From Amphiscolops sp. MND2022 (lineage: Eukaryota), in contig OZ076409.1 in the NCBI GenBank assembly GCA_964187785.1, positions 86,182,001 through 86,246,000 of the forward strand: DNA of 64,000 bases. Reading direction: 5' to 3'. A program made the translations under genes and the position numbers. Positions 12,501-25,600 of the stretch are shown here, piece after piece. The notes beneath the pieces were generated by a model that worked only from the letters and a program-made list of their open reading frames with translations, was not told where the DNA came from and did no database searches. Position 1 is the first letter of the stretch; each line of letters begins with the position of its first letter.

Positions 12501-15500
12501 TAAGACTTTCTCCCAGTCAAATAAGTAGAAATTTGAATGGGGAATGAGAAAAACAGAGGGTGATAACGCATGCACGCGGCTAACAGGGATTCGATACAAG
12601 ATCAAAATACAGGGGAGAAAGTAAAGTACGTGAACAAGGACAACACACAAAAAATGTTCAACTCGTTGTTGCTTTCTTGATCACGTGACTTGCAAATGGA
12701 CCAAACGGAGAAGCAGGTGAAAAACGGCGGGGAAATAATGGCGGGTAAATGAAGTGAAGATACCGAATGACAGAAAAGGAACTGACAGAAAGTAAATCAA
12801 GTGGCGAATATCATCGAGCCGGTCTAGTTGCAGGGCAGTTTCTAGACCAGGTCTGAAGGGCTGCTTAGACTGCTGGTAAGACCCGGGGGCACGACGGTTT
12901 GGGAAAGGTAGTCAAGTCTGGAAGTGATGTAATGAAATTGAGGAGCAAAATCTGGGAAAAATAATCCGCATTGACAGATCACGGAGCCAAAGACACACGT
13001 GTAAGGTATGTGATTTAGAATGGCGGTAAGTTGGGCCCAGATACAATGTGCTATAAAGTAATATAAAATAGCTGTTGCTGCGGTGGAAACTGTCTAAAAT
13101 GTGTTTGTAAATCAGGGAAGATTGTGGAAAAAAGGCTGTTGCTTCTGCTGCTGCTGTAGGAGAAGCAGAAGGAAAGACGACTAAGAAAGAAGAAAAGGAG
13201 AAAAGAATAGTGAGAAAGAATTGAATTGAATTGAATTTGATATGAATATTTGTTGGTTGCTTCTCTGTTCAGATTGGGCTAGATTCCTTCTCTTGTTTCT
13301 CCTCAATGCCGGACGGCGGGTGGCGGGGATACGCAGGCACGTTCGCTTATTGCGGCTGTGGGAGCAATCACAAGTGAGGAAAAATGGTGTATATTCCAAC
13401 CAATTTGGCTTACCTGCCAAGCAACCAGCAATCAATAAACTTGTGCCCGCTGGCTTACCTTCTATGTCTTTGCTGGCAACGGACGCACCAAAGCTGGATA
13501 GAAAGGCCAGAACGGAGCCAAATAAAGAAGAGAGCAGAGCAGGGAATAACAGAACCGGACAGCGACGGAACCTGTTCCAAGCGGCTGTTATGTAACACTT
13601 GCGCAACTCCTCCTAACTTACGTAACCGCTGCTGCTGCTTTGGAGAGTGGTAAAAGATTGTTCTAATGACAAAACAACGGGAGCCGTTCAAAATATGAAG
13701 AGGATAAAGGAATTATTTATAATGGTTTGTTTTCCCAAATACTTCTATGGGCGAACAACCGTTCGTTCAAATGTAACAACTGCTTCTTTCAAATCAAATG
13801 CACATTCAACCAGAACAAATAAGGTTTCGACGTCGAATCTCAGAATACCAGGAAGAGCTTGAAAATTACTTAGCCTTATATTAGCTACAGGGTGCTCCCG
13901 ATAATTCTCAGACTAATTTGTCAAACAAAAACAAAATGTTTGAAAAATAGACTGATTTTGAATTTGATTTGCCCAAAAATTTTATGCTTTTTGTTGTTCA
14001 CTTCCAACTCAAACTGGAATGAATTAGCGAATATGAGGATTTTTATTAGTATCGTGATGCCAATCTAGCAAGATAGTACCACCAGTGTTTGGCCGTTAAG
14101 CAATCATTGCCAGCAATACAACAGCACAGGATTTGCTGAACATGATTTTACCTCCTTTGGTCCGCCAATCAACAACCGCGCTAGCAAAGCGGAACAGAAT
14201 TCAAAAATTTATATATCTACCAATTGTGTAATTGAGTCCGTTTGATTGAATTTACAATGCTTCATCTACACTCGAATTGTACATTACGTAATAGGACCTC
14301 CACTTAGTGTTGCAAGTCTAGCCTGCTTTAAACGTTGTCTAGGTATGTTGGTATATTGGCAGCGATGGTTGTAGCGATGGTGGCGCTCATTTTGTGTGGT
14401 GTCTGTTTAAATTTGAAGCTTCTAATGGCGGTGTCTTCTTGTCCTGTCAGCTATTGCTAACACATGTCATAATACCCCAATCCATTGTAGAAGAAGTACA
14501 GTAGTTATAGTTGTGCTGGTAGTAGTATAGGAAGAAGCATGTCGCGGTCTGCTTTCAGTATAGTAGAAGTTGCAATCCTGATCCATTTTCCCGCCATTTG
14601 CCAATTCCATGGAATCTCCACTTCTTTCACGGCGTCGTCACCACCGCTGTTACCGCCAACCGCTTTTGTCTTTCCTTAGCTTGTCCTAACTTGTCTTTTT
14701 GTGTCTTGTCTTGTTCTTCTCCTGTCGTTCCTCTTTTTCTTTCCATTTTCATCATTTTTACACTTTCTTACTTTTTCACTTTCTTTCTACTATCCCTATT
14801 TCCACTAATGCCGCAATTTTTTCCAATACTACTAGAGTCCGGGACCTATTCTGTTTTTTTTTCTCCCACTCAGACATTCATACTTGCATTCTATCCACGG
14901 CGTGCCCTCCCTGTGTTTAATTCCACCACAACTAACAGCATCAGCTTGCTTCTTGTTCCATGGCCGTACTTGGCTTGTTCTCTTCTTGTTTGGCTTGCTT
15001 CACTCGCCAAGCATATGGGCCGAGCCTTATTTACAAATACTGGAAATGTAACGAAACCGACAGCCCTACTAATCCCTCGCACTGCTGTCATGTGTATACA
15101 CACACTTCTGCTGGCTTCTGTAGTACAAGCCCAGAGGCAAAAACAACAACATCAGCATCAGCAGCAGCTACCATTTCCAGTTCATGCCGCCTCCTCCCCT
15201 TTCCCACCACCCTTTATCTGCTGACCATGCTTCTGACCATGTTCCTTTCTGTTCAATTCTTCTTTCGTTCCCCTACACTTACCTCTTTCTTTTTAACCTT
15301 TTTTCCCTCTATTTTCTCCCATTTTTCCTTACATTTCACAACCTCTCTCCTTTGGCAGAGTAGCAGAACAACATAGGTGTGCAACCAAACACAATGGCAC
15401 CTTTTTATCCTTGTTCCCGGAAAGGCAGCACCATGCGTGAACAGCACGGGATCCTATCTTGTACCACAACCAACCCAACCCCCGTCCCCCTAGCAACTGG

Positions 15501-16710
15501 TTGGTTGCCTGTCCCTATTTCTCCCGTTATCCCTCACCTTTCATTCTGATACCTCCCACTCCGCGGCGCGGTGTCTTTCAAACCGAAATGTTGGCGGCGG
15601 TGGCGGTGGTCCAATAAGTGCCCCCGTGGGAATCTCCTAAATTGGCGTTTGACTGCTTTGTGAAATTCTAATCCCCCATGTCTTTTCCTTTACCATGTTG
15701 CGTCCATCAGTTCGCCTGTATCCTGTGTTTCCCCTTCTATGGCTATTCTATCCCTCATTGTTTTCCTTAAAGGACTTACAATCACCTCGGTCACGTTCCT
15801 AAAAATTTTATCAATGCTCGTTCACGCCACTTAGCGACACAAAATTTCAAGTCCACATTTTGAAAAACCGGCAAAATTAAAGGAAAAGCCTTCTAAACCG
15901 TCTGAAAACTCGACTGGCGGAAATAAAAGCTGCTCGTAAAAACTAAGATGCTAAGTATTTCCCACAAAAACAAACAATATACGTTCCTCAAAACGCTACA
16001 GAAGGAGCTACTTTGGACCAGCTTGTTTCAAAAACGTTGTTGCTCAGCTCGACAGAAAATCCGTTTTCTTATCTTAGACTTCAAAAGACACACCTAATTT
16101 TCAAAATCTCCCCACACAAAGTAGAATGACAAAGAAATTGCTCAAATAAGTCGAAATTAGCTAGATTAAAAGCAGGGTTTTTGCTTTCTTTCAAATACGA
16201 TATATATATATTTTAAAAACGAACTGAAAAAATGTTTGTTTCTGATACAAGCGCTCTTAGGGAAGAATGCACCAATTTCATGTCAACAAGGAAACATTTA
16301 CAAAATGAACATCGATAGATAAGTACTTTATTTAAATAATAATTCTCTGCAAGCGAACCGAAATTAGTTTTTGTAAATTAATTAAACTCAAGGCAGTATG
16401 AGGTTAAGGTGAGAAATTGTAGAAACCAAGTAGTGTGAAATATGGTAAGAGCTAAGTCGGTAAACTTTCGGTCAGTATTTCAATAGACCTCAAGTAATAA
16501 AACGTTGCCAATCTTTTGAGCACAAATATTTCACATATCACAACAAGGCCAAATAAAATTGCTCTCAAGATTTATTGCACATTGCCAGATAAAGTATATC
16601 TTATCTATGATGACTATTTAGTCTATAAAACTAAGACCATTAGGGCTGTTATCAAATAACATGGTATGATAGAAGCATCCAAAATTTCATCTGATAAATG
16701 AACAAGGTTT

Positions 16711-17037
16711 GGATCTCTTTCACTACGTCACCACACCCCCCCCCCCCCCCTATATCACTCGTTACACTATGTCCCCCCTAGAGAAAATAAATGTTTGTGG
16801 CTCATTTATATTTATCTCCTATTGGCTAATCTCCCATGCTATTCTGTCAATCAATTGATGTCGTCATAACTAACGACACTTTTTATTGGTTCTTATTATC
16901 AAAATCACCACTCAGCCAATCAGAAGCGTTGTTAGATAAGAGCAGATCTGCGCTATTAGAATGTGCAATACATGCATTTAATAGCGTTTCACTATGTCCC
17001 CCTTTTTGCTGTAGGGGGGATATAGTGAAAGAGACCC
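16711..17037. mobile_element. MITE with GG termini and 8-bp TSD (Merlin-like)
   Basis: TSD CAAGGTTT at 16703-16710 and 17038-17045; TIR GGATCTCTTTCACTA / TAGTGAAAGAGACCC; internal cactatgtccccc repeats. Confidence 0.75.
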
Positions 17038-17206
17038 CAAGGTTTCAATAAAAAGTTCAAAAAGTTCAACACTTTAAATTAGTTTTGAGTGAATGAATTA
17101 TGGAAACAGTTAAGAGTTAAACCGTCTGAGGGTTGAACCACTCATGACAACAAAAATCCCAGCGTTCTTAAATATCTTCGAAAAGTCTAAAATCTAATTT
17201 CAAAAG

Positions 17207-17416
17207 GGATCTTTTCTGTTAATTCCCCCCACCAATTTAATTCCCCCCCCCCAGTTAAGCGGTCAAGTGAAATAATCACTGAATTAATAGTAACAACCAA
17301 TCAAATTGCAGTATTTTATAACTCTAACTGCAACTGAAACTCATCGCTGATAGTGGTGGGGAATTAAAACTTATGCGCTTACTGTGGGGGGGGGGGGGAA
17401 TAAACAGAAAGGATCC
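17207..17416. mobile_element. Second MITE with GG termini and 8-bp TSD (Merlin-like)
   Basis: TSD TTCAAAAG at 17199-17206 and 17417-17424; TIR GGATCTTTTCTGTTAATTCCCCCC / GGGGGGAATAAACAGAAAGGATCC. Confidence 0.75.
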
Positions 17417-18195
17417 TTCAAAAGCTTCACGTTTCAAAAATTAATTATGCCAAAAGTTCCAAAAAAAACAGGATTGTTCGGTTTTAGGATTGAACCATTG
17501 GAGAAGCATTGGATTGTTCTGCCTGAACATCGGAGAAATCAAATGGGAGAATTCTCAAGGTTACGAATGGGGAGAATTGGAAAACTGTACAAGGACATGT
17601 AGACAAGTGTTCAGATGATCCTCTAATTTTGCAGCCAGATTACGGAAGTTGAACCTCCATACAAATCGTAGTTCGATTGTTGCCGTGATCGGGCCATAGT
17701 TCGTATTACTGGCACGATGTCGTAGTAAGATCGAACTACGAAACGTATGATGGGTCGACACATCGTACCAGGGCTACCGAAAAAGTTGAGGTCTCTTAAT
17801 ATTTCCAGAAAAAAATAAATAATGCCCTACAATTTGAGTCTAAATGATGAAAACTATCACTCGAGAAATATAAAAATTTCCATATTCATATTTTTTATTG
17901 GAAAACTGATGGAACCTTACAATGACATTACAATACACTTGCAATCAGTTCAGCATACCGGAAGGATTTCATAACGAATAGAAACAGTATAGCTTCTAGA
18001 TGCACCGGCCTATGATTATTCCGCTGATACCCTGACATAAGTTTGGCCATAAGAACAATCTTTCACATACATTAGACGTCACAGGAATTCATGCAACATT
18101 TTATTCTCCATTTGAAACTTTGTATACAATACAATTATTTATTCGGTAGCCCGGCATCGTACCATCGTACTACGAAATGTATCACAAAAATTGTA

Positions 18196-18368
18196 CACTC
18201 AACTCCGCTTAAAACGATTGCCCGGCACCGGCGTTTTTTAATCGTTATATCCGAATATCGTTATAAACGAAAATCGTTATATACTAGCATCGTGGCAGGG
18301 ACCTTGAAACTCTATCGCTATAACCGGAATATCGTTATAAATGTAATCGTTATAAACGGAGTTGAGTG
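18196..18368. mobile_element. Tc1/mariner (pogo/Tigger-like) MITE
   Basis: TA|CACTCAACTCCG ... CGGAGTTGAGTG|TA; internal ATCGTTATA repeats. Confidence 0.75.
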
Positions 18369-19419
18369 TATACAGTGTCCGCAACGTTCTCCTAGCTTCT
18401 CAAAATGATCACTGCAGTTTCTAACTTAATTTAGACTAGACCACTACCTTGCAATGTGGCAGCATGTATGAAAATCTGGTTTTAAGGTTGAGAAGATAAC
18501 CTACAAGTCGAAGCTATGACGCCGTGAAGAGTTTGTCTACTGTGCTGAATTATTCAAGCGACAGCGCTGCTTACTTAAGTAGCAAATTTTGAATAAACAC
18601 TTCTGAAGAACTTACCATTTTCGGCCAATTCCAAGTTGATATTACGATGATAATCAGTCAATCTTATTGTTAAATGGTGTCATGCCGAGACAGATTCATT
18701 GGGTTTGCATGTCATGTAGAAGAGTGAAAAATTTGCACTCGCTAGCAAATTGATCCTATTGGGAAACAAATTTACAAAGTCATTCATGATAGACTATTTC
18801 GTCATAGAACCATTTCAGAAAGATTGTATTGATACTTTTTACTAAAAAACTGCCAGACCATCACAATCTGCCATTATTTGATGATATGCTGCAATTTTGG
18901 TACCAGTCATGAGTATCTCTATTCGTACTTTGGGATTTTTCGTGTCAATCAAAACAATTTCCATTGATATAAAATTGATTTAATTTAAGTTCTTCTGCCT
19001 TTCCAATATTAATCACTCAAAATCAGCGGACCAATCAGAGAGCAGCGACAAAAGTGTCATTATAGCAGCAGTATTGGCGTGAAATCCAGGACAAACAATG
19101 TCGTGGAATCCAAGACACGCCCAACATCAAAGGGAAATTTTGTCCTGGATTCCACGACTTTTCTCAATTTTCGGGTCCCGGATTCCACAACAAGCAGCAA
19201 AATAGCTTGCCTATGCACTGTAATGTAGTTTGTCAGAAGTAGATCTTTGCAAACCAGAACATTTTTAGTAATCAAACTTGAACAGAAGTTATGCCCGAGG
19301 ACAGTTACGCTTTCTAGTAATTCAAAAAGTGGAGACGCCTCAAAAACTTCATTAAAATGAATACATTATACAACATAATTGCCGCATTGCATTATGTACT
19401 GTACGATGCATCTTTAAAC

Positions 19420-19537
19420 ACAAGCCGTAAACGGCTAAAGTCGGTCGGTGCTACGTTAAGGTTTCAAAAAAGCAATGTGTTTTGATAATGCGAAAGCACA
19501 GCATTGCGAAACTCTCAATTGAACTTACAGCACCAAA
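19420..19537 (-). mobile_element. HINE family 1 end, interrupted by LTR element A; remainder at 35107-35524
   Basis: acaag + hairpin GCCGTAAACGGC + aagtcgg...taaggtttcaaaaaagc resembles the family end. The other end (aagagtcg...aaaacgccgactaaaaaa) is at ~35485-35524. Confidence 0.55.
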
Positions 19538-21635
19538 TGTCACGACCCGCTCCCGGTCGGGATTTTTCCTGCTGCGGAGGAATACCGAAATTCGCAAGAG
19601 GGCGAGGACATTGCAATACCTCACAAAATTATGTAAAAAACTTTGACTGATCACTTACCTTTTAACCGTAGTACGAGTTAATAATCAGAACAAAAGGATT
19701 TTAGTCTAACGAAAGCGATAAGTAAAATCTACAAAAGTGATTTTAGACGGAACGAAACTTCCGGTATAAAGTTTTCACGAGTAACCGTTCTGTTACTTCC
19801 GGCTTCGTCTGCTGAAAATTCCATACAAATCTAAACAACAAGATAAAAACATTCTTAACTTTAGGACCTTTTTCTTTTCCACACTAAAATGAAAACATCA
19901 AAATGAAATTCAATTCCGAGGTCCCAACGGTATTCATACAATCTAACATGAAAGAACATACAAAGAGAATGGCGGAATTGTTTTCCAATGATTGAATAGT
20001 TGTGAATATCCACTTAAGAATGCAGTTAAGCAACTTAAGAGAATGTTTACAACGTTATGACGGCGTCACTCAGCTTGATTGAAGAGTAGATGTTTCTATT
20101 TTTACGGACCAATAGCGTCGTCTTTCACCATCCCAAGTTACCATAGCAACGCCAATTGAGCGAGAGAATAAGAATGAATTTGTTAATGCTGTCCGCTCTG
20201 TCTCCGCAAGCAAGCGCCGCTCAGCTACACCTAATCCTAATACGTACGGAGCGCTTACGGAGCAAGTTGTAATGCGATGAAACTATACCTAATCTTAAGA
20301 CGTACGGAGCGCTTACGGAGCAAATTGTAAAATGACAAGGTTATGCCTAATGTTAATACATGTAGAACGTCTAAAGGAAAATTTGTAAGGTCAATATTGT
20401 TTTAATATATCAAGATATACGGAACTGAAACGGAATGTTCAAATTATCATAACACCAAAATAATACCTTTCCGGATTATTCTCGTTTTAATAATTAATCA
20501 GAATGATCGTACTACAGGTTAAAACAAAGAGAATCATTGAAAGAAAGGTGCTTTCCTCCATTTTGGAAAAGGGCGTTTTGTACATTTGTTATGTTATGTT
20601 CATTGGGCTAAATAAGCCATTGACCTGTATTAGCCAAACCATTATGTTTCAATACATGTAAGAATAGCTCAGAACGATTCCGTGCTATATTATTTGCTAT
20701 TTCAGTTCTTGAGCGATATTAACTGTTTCTCCAGCATCATTTGGTTTTTTCAAAATATTCTCAGCACATTTATCTAAAATCATTTCCGTAGTCAATTTTT
20801 GCTTGTCATTCTTTTACCGCGAACAGACGATTTTCACTAGTCTCGAGATGAATCATTGATCACGCCAGCGTGCCTTTCTCGATGAAAATTCAACTAGACT
20901 TTCATTTTGCCGCCTCTTCCGCGATCAAACCGGAAATGATGATAATGAACAAAAGTGATTTCAACAAGCACTCCGTAAGGGAGCCGTGACTAGGAATTTT
21001 AAACCGTGAACAATTAATTGAAGGGTTGAAATAATAGGGATGATTAAGCAATTTTGATGAACAAAACCAATTTTGAGGATTCCTAGGAATTTTTAGGTGA
21101 GGAACAAATGATGCTGTGAAAGTATATATACCTAGGGATTTGTAAAAGAAGTTAAGCTGTTTTTAATTTGCTACGTTGATACTTCGTTTCTGAAAACCAT
21201 ATTTCTTTGAAGAATTCGAGTTTTCCAAAGAACAACCTCTCTCTCTCTCTAAAATGACTACTAGAAGCCAGAAGAGAAAAGCTGTTGAAGAATTAGTTTC
21301 TACTGAAATTGAGACCCCAATAACTGGGACTAGCCAAAACTTAAATCCTGTAGCGGGAACAAGCAAATCTCCTAGAGTACTCACTGAAACCCTAGAGGAA
21401 ATCAAGTCTTCATTGAGGAAAGAGATCATGTCTGATCTTACTGAAATCTTAGCTGAAAACCAAAAGGAGATGCTAAAACTAACAGCTCTTCCTGCTAAAA
21501 AGCAAACCATCGTAGCAGCTAATGAAGAAACAGATTCTGAATCCGAAAACATTCCGGAAAATGCAACTTCAACACCGATCAAAAATAAAACCACTACGAC
21601 TACTCGTAAAATTACACCGGTGAATAGTCGTAACA
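19538..21635 (+). repeat. 5' LTR of element A
   Basis: TG...CA direct repeat of 33013-35106, followed immediately by a TGG primer-binding site. Confidence 0.95.
20225..20390 (+). repeat. 58-bp tandem repeat (about 3 units) in U3 of the element A LTR
   Basis: Units start at 20225, 20283 and 20341 (cctaat...acgtacggagcgcttacggagc...ttgtaa); also present in the 3' LTR. Confidence 0.8.
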
Positions 21636-22661
21636 TGGTGACAGGAGTCCTCAATGACTCCACAAATCTGGGAAAAAAGAAGACGCGACCACACCGTCCA
21701 CAAAGCCTGCCACCCAACGAACGACCCTCGACATCAAGACTATTATTCACTCCTCAGCCAGAAATCCACCCACCACCTCAACCTCCTTCGATGCCAAAAG
21801 CCCTCACCGCATCTCTGCCTGTGTTTGATGGTAAGTCCGAAAAATTCGAACTTTTCGAGGACTTATTCCGAAACAACATAAAAATGTACCCACATCTAAC
21901 AGAAATTCAAAAAATCAACTACTTTCACTCGCTACTACGAGGCAATGCACTACAAGCATATTGCAACTTGGACGATGCCAAAAAAGATAACTTAGAGGAG
22001 GTAATTACGGCGTTTAAACGGCGCTTCGGAGATTTTCAATCTTCGGCCAAGTCGAGATGTGAGTGGGACTCGCTACATTTTGACCCAACCAAACAAAAAT
22101 TACATGAATTTTTGGACACACAGCAAAAAACGGCCATAGAAGCGTTCGGCTCGAAAGCACAAAAATTTATAGACAAGGCCATATACGCCAAAATGCCGGA
22201 CCACGTCAAAAAGATTCTTAACCGAGCCTACCTCGAGGACAAACCCTATAACGACATTGTCCTACATCTTGAACGAGAGATGCGCCTTAATGGCCTGGGA
22301 ACCCCAGACGAAACCACGCTAGTACCACTAAATACGGTCGACGTCGTCCCACCGGAACCAAAAAAGGAACTCACCCATCGAGGAAACTGCTTCCACTGTG
22401 GCAAACAGGGGCATTATAAAGCACAATGCCGCAAATTACGATCGTTACTACAAAACTAAAGCACAGAACGGCATTCCCAACACCAATGAACCACCCAAAC
22501 CAAAATGCGACACTTGTGGAAAACTCCACAAAACTGAGAACTGCTGGTACGGAGCTAATGCGGCGAACGACCCTAGGAAAAAACGACACGAGTTCGCCAT
22601 ACCCACAAACCAAATTAGCGAACAACCAATCCCTTCTATTGAAATCCAGCCAAAAAACTAA
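21254..22661 (+). pseudogene. gag: gag of element A (one frameshift near 22440), starting inside the LTR
   Basis: LPVFDGKSEKFELFEDLF capsid-like motif. Zinc knuckle CFHCGKQGHYKAQC, then a second knuckle CDTCGKLHKTENC in a shifted frame; ends at A AAA AAC TAA. Confidence 0.9.
21636..21648 (+). other. Primer-binding site TGGTGACAGGAGT (tRNA-Leu-like)
   Basis: Directly after the 5' LTR. One mismatch from the complement of a typical eukaryotic tRNA-Leu 3' end. The first 12 nt are identical in element B. Confidence 0.7.
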
Positions 22662-25600
22662 GAACGCCGCGCCTCCGCTTCGGGGAAACGGTAGACGCAA
22701 GGGCGTACACAATAGAAGACCCCCCCCCCCAATAGGTATGAAGAAGTCTTCCTCATAGAATGCAATGAGGAACCCACCCAAGACTGGCAACGTCGATGGA
22801 ACGTAGGCATGATACTTAGACATAATGACCGACACCCAGAGGACCCAACGCCACTGCCCCAATGGATAACAGAATCACCCGATAACTACGCGACACTAAA
22901 AAGACCCCTACCAGAATCAAAGATCGAGCGCATTTACATATATGATAGAGACTATAGATGTGATCCCTGGGACGAACCAGCCATCTATGACACAAACAAA
23001 CTCTCTTTCAAAATCCAAGTTTCAAATCCTCAAGCCCAATTCACCGAGAGTACAACCTTACCATCACCATCGTCACCAAGCCTAAAAAAGACAACACAGT
23101 CCTCGCCAATACCCGTCACCACCACGTCCACACCAATAGATGCAGAAAATATCATCTGCATCGAGGACAAAACAATAAGGAAACAACAAGAAAAAGAACA
23201 ACGCAGGGAAGCCGATCAAACACTATCACCCCCAACAACAGCACCCGAATTGCCAACTCAGGACAACAACCATGAAGACGACGAAGTAACGGAATGCCCA
23301 CAACAACTGCCATATGACCTCAATATCATAAAAGAATTCATACAACATGACAAAGACGACGACTACATTCCGTTAATGTCAGCGATTACCCTCAAAAAGA
23401 AGAAAAGGATGCTTTTTATTCCTCTTGACTTCGAAAACACTAGAATTGATGCATTAGCTGACTCGGGAGCCTACATCAACATCATCAGCGAAAGAGACGC
23501 AGACAAGATACAAACTGAAGCCAACGCAACCATAATCATGAAGGCACCCCCCCCCCTTTTCAAGATACAATACGCCAACACCGAACTTGAAAAAGCCCGC
23601 GCGACATACACAATACAGTTCAAAATCGGTGACTACGCGTTCGAAGAGACCTTCATCATCATGACCAAAACATCCTCCTCAATCATTGGCCTGGCATTTC
23701 TCCGGAAACATTCTGCAATCCTAGATACTGCACAAGGAACAATAGACTTTCCTAAAATACAAATCACTCTAGCCCTAAAGGACGAAAGACAAAAGTGCAA
23801 CCCCAAACCCATCACTATCAAGACGGAAGAAAAACACACCATACCAGCACAAACCACGCGGATTATCCACGCGTCCGTCACTGCAAGTAATGACCACCCA
23901 ATAACTGGGACAGTCCAACCTCTACCACAGTTCGACGGAAATGCAAAACTCATAGTAGCCCCAGCAATAACAACAGCCCGAGACAAACGAGTCGCGATAA
24001 AAATAGCAAACACCACAGACTTCCCCTATACAGTAACGCCACATACGAAATTAGCAGAATTACAAATACTTAAACCTGAAGAAACGAAATTGATACGAGC
24101 AGTAGATATAGCAGCCCTCAATCTACTCACCGAACACGACGATGTTGTTGCGTACGTTAATGCACTGATGCAAGTTGATTCGTCAGAACAAACAGAAGAA
24201 AAATTCTGGTTCCCAACTCCCGAAAATCCCGGAGACGAATCGGAACACACACCTATCCAACAACGCATCCTGCGAGAACTACGCGAACTACAAAGTCTAG
24301 AAGAACTGGACCCTAAACAAGACGAAAAATCCAGATCACAATTCCTTTCACTATTCAAGTGGAACGATTCGCTAATAACGGGAGAAGACCGTGAAAACCT
24401 AGAGTCCACCATAGTCGAATTCAATGACATCTTTGCACGCCACCGACTAGACATCGGAATGAACAACCAATTCAAGGTATGCCTAACCCCCAAAAACGAC
24501 AAACCGGTATACACCCAGAGTCTCCCCGTACCCATCAACCTCAAAGACGACCTCACGGTGGAATTAGCACTGATGCACAAATATGGGATCATCACAACTC
24601 TCCCATTCTCGAAATATACCAGCCCCATCTTCGCGCAACGCAAACCTAACGGCAAACTGCGGCTTCTAGTGGACTTACGGAAGATCAACGCCCTCATCTC
24701 AGACGACTACATAAACAACAACAACTCCATCAGCACCCTCTCAGACGCCGCACAACACCTAGCGGGGAAGCAGCTGTTCTGCAAACTAGATTGCTCACAA
24801 GCCTATCACTGCTTCCAAATGGCAGATCAAAGGTCAGTAGAACTCCTTGCTATTAACTTTGCTAGTAGAACGTTTGCCTATCGCAGGCTAGCCCAAGGAC
24901 TTAGTAGAGCCTTGTCAGCCTTTTCGAGCTTCATGCGGGAATACCTCGACACCGTCATCAAAGCCGACCAGTGTGCCCAATATGTGGACGATATCGGGAT
25001 CGCCGCCAACACAACGGAACAACCCATTAAGAACATCAGAGCAGTCTTCAAATGCATCCGCAAAGCCGGACTAAAACTAACAATTGAAAAATGCCACTTG
25101 GTGTCACCCAAATCGAATTTCTGGGAAGAACCATCACACCCCACGGAGTAGCACCGCAAGACCACAAAATCACCAATTTCTTGTCAAAAATCAGATTTCC
25201 CCGATCAAAGAAACAAGTCCAGAAATACATTGGATTTATCAACTACTACAGAAACTACATACCAAGACTGTCCGAAAAGATGATTGGAATGTACGAATTC
25301 CTAAAAGCAGATGCAAAAATCACCATATCAGAAGAACTAGTCGACAACTTCAAAGCCATCAACGCTTCGACTAGCCATCAGACAACCAGTTGCGGGAAAA
25401 CAATACGTACTTATGACGGACGCAAGTTTCCGGGCATCAGGATATGCCCTAATGATAGAAGAAAACGATGATAAAAAGCTACTCTACAAACGGAAAACTT
25501 TCGCACCGGTCGCTTTTGGTTCTCGCGTATTCTCTCCGTCCCAGCTGAAAATGTCAGTATACTGTAAAGAGTTCCTCGCCATTTACCATGCATTCCTGGA

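Noticed and set aside
12380..15800. ORFs of 117-208 aa in purine/pyrimidine-skewed sequence
   Set aside because: Low-complexity translations without domain motifs; possibly decayed repeats, but I cannot classify them.
19069..19200. Small inverted GTGGAATCCAGGAC repeats
   Set aside because: Probably a decayed MITE, but termini and TSD cannot be defined.
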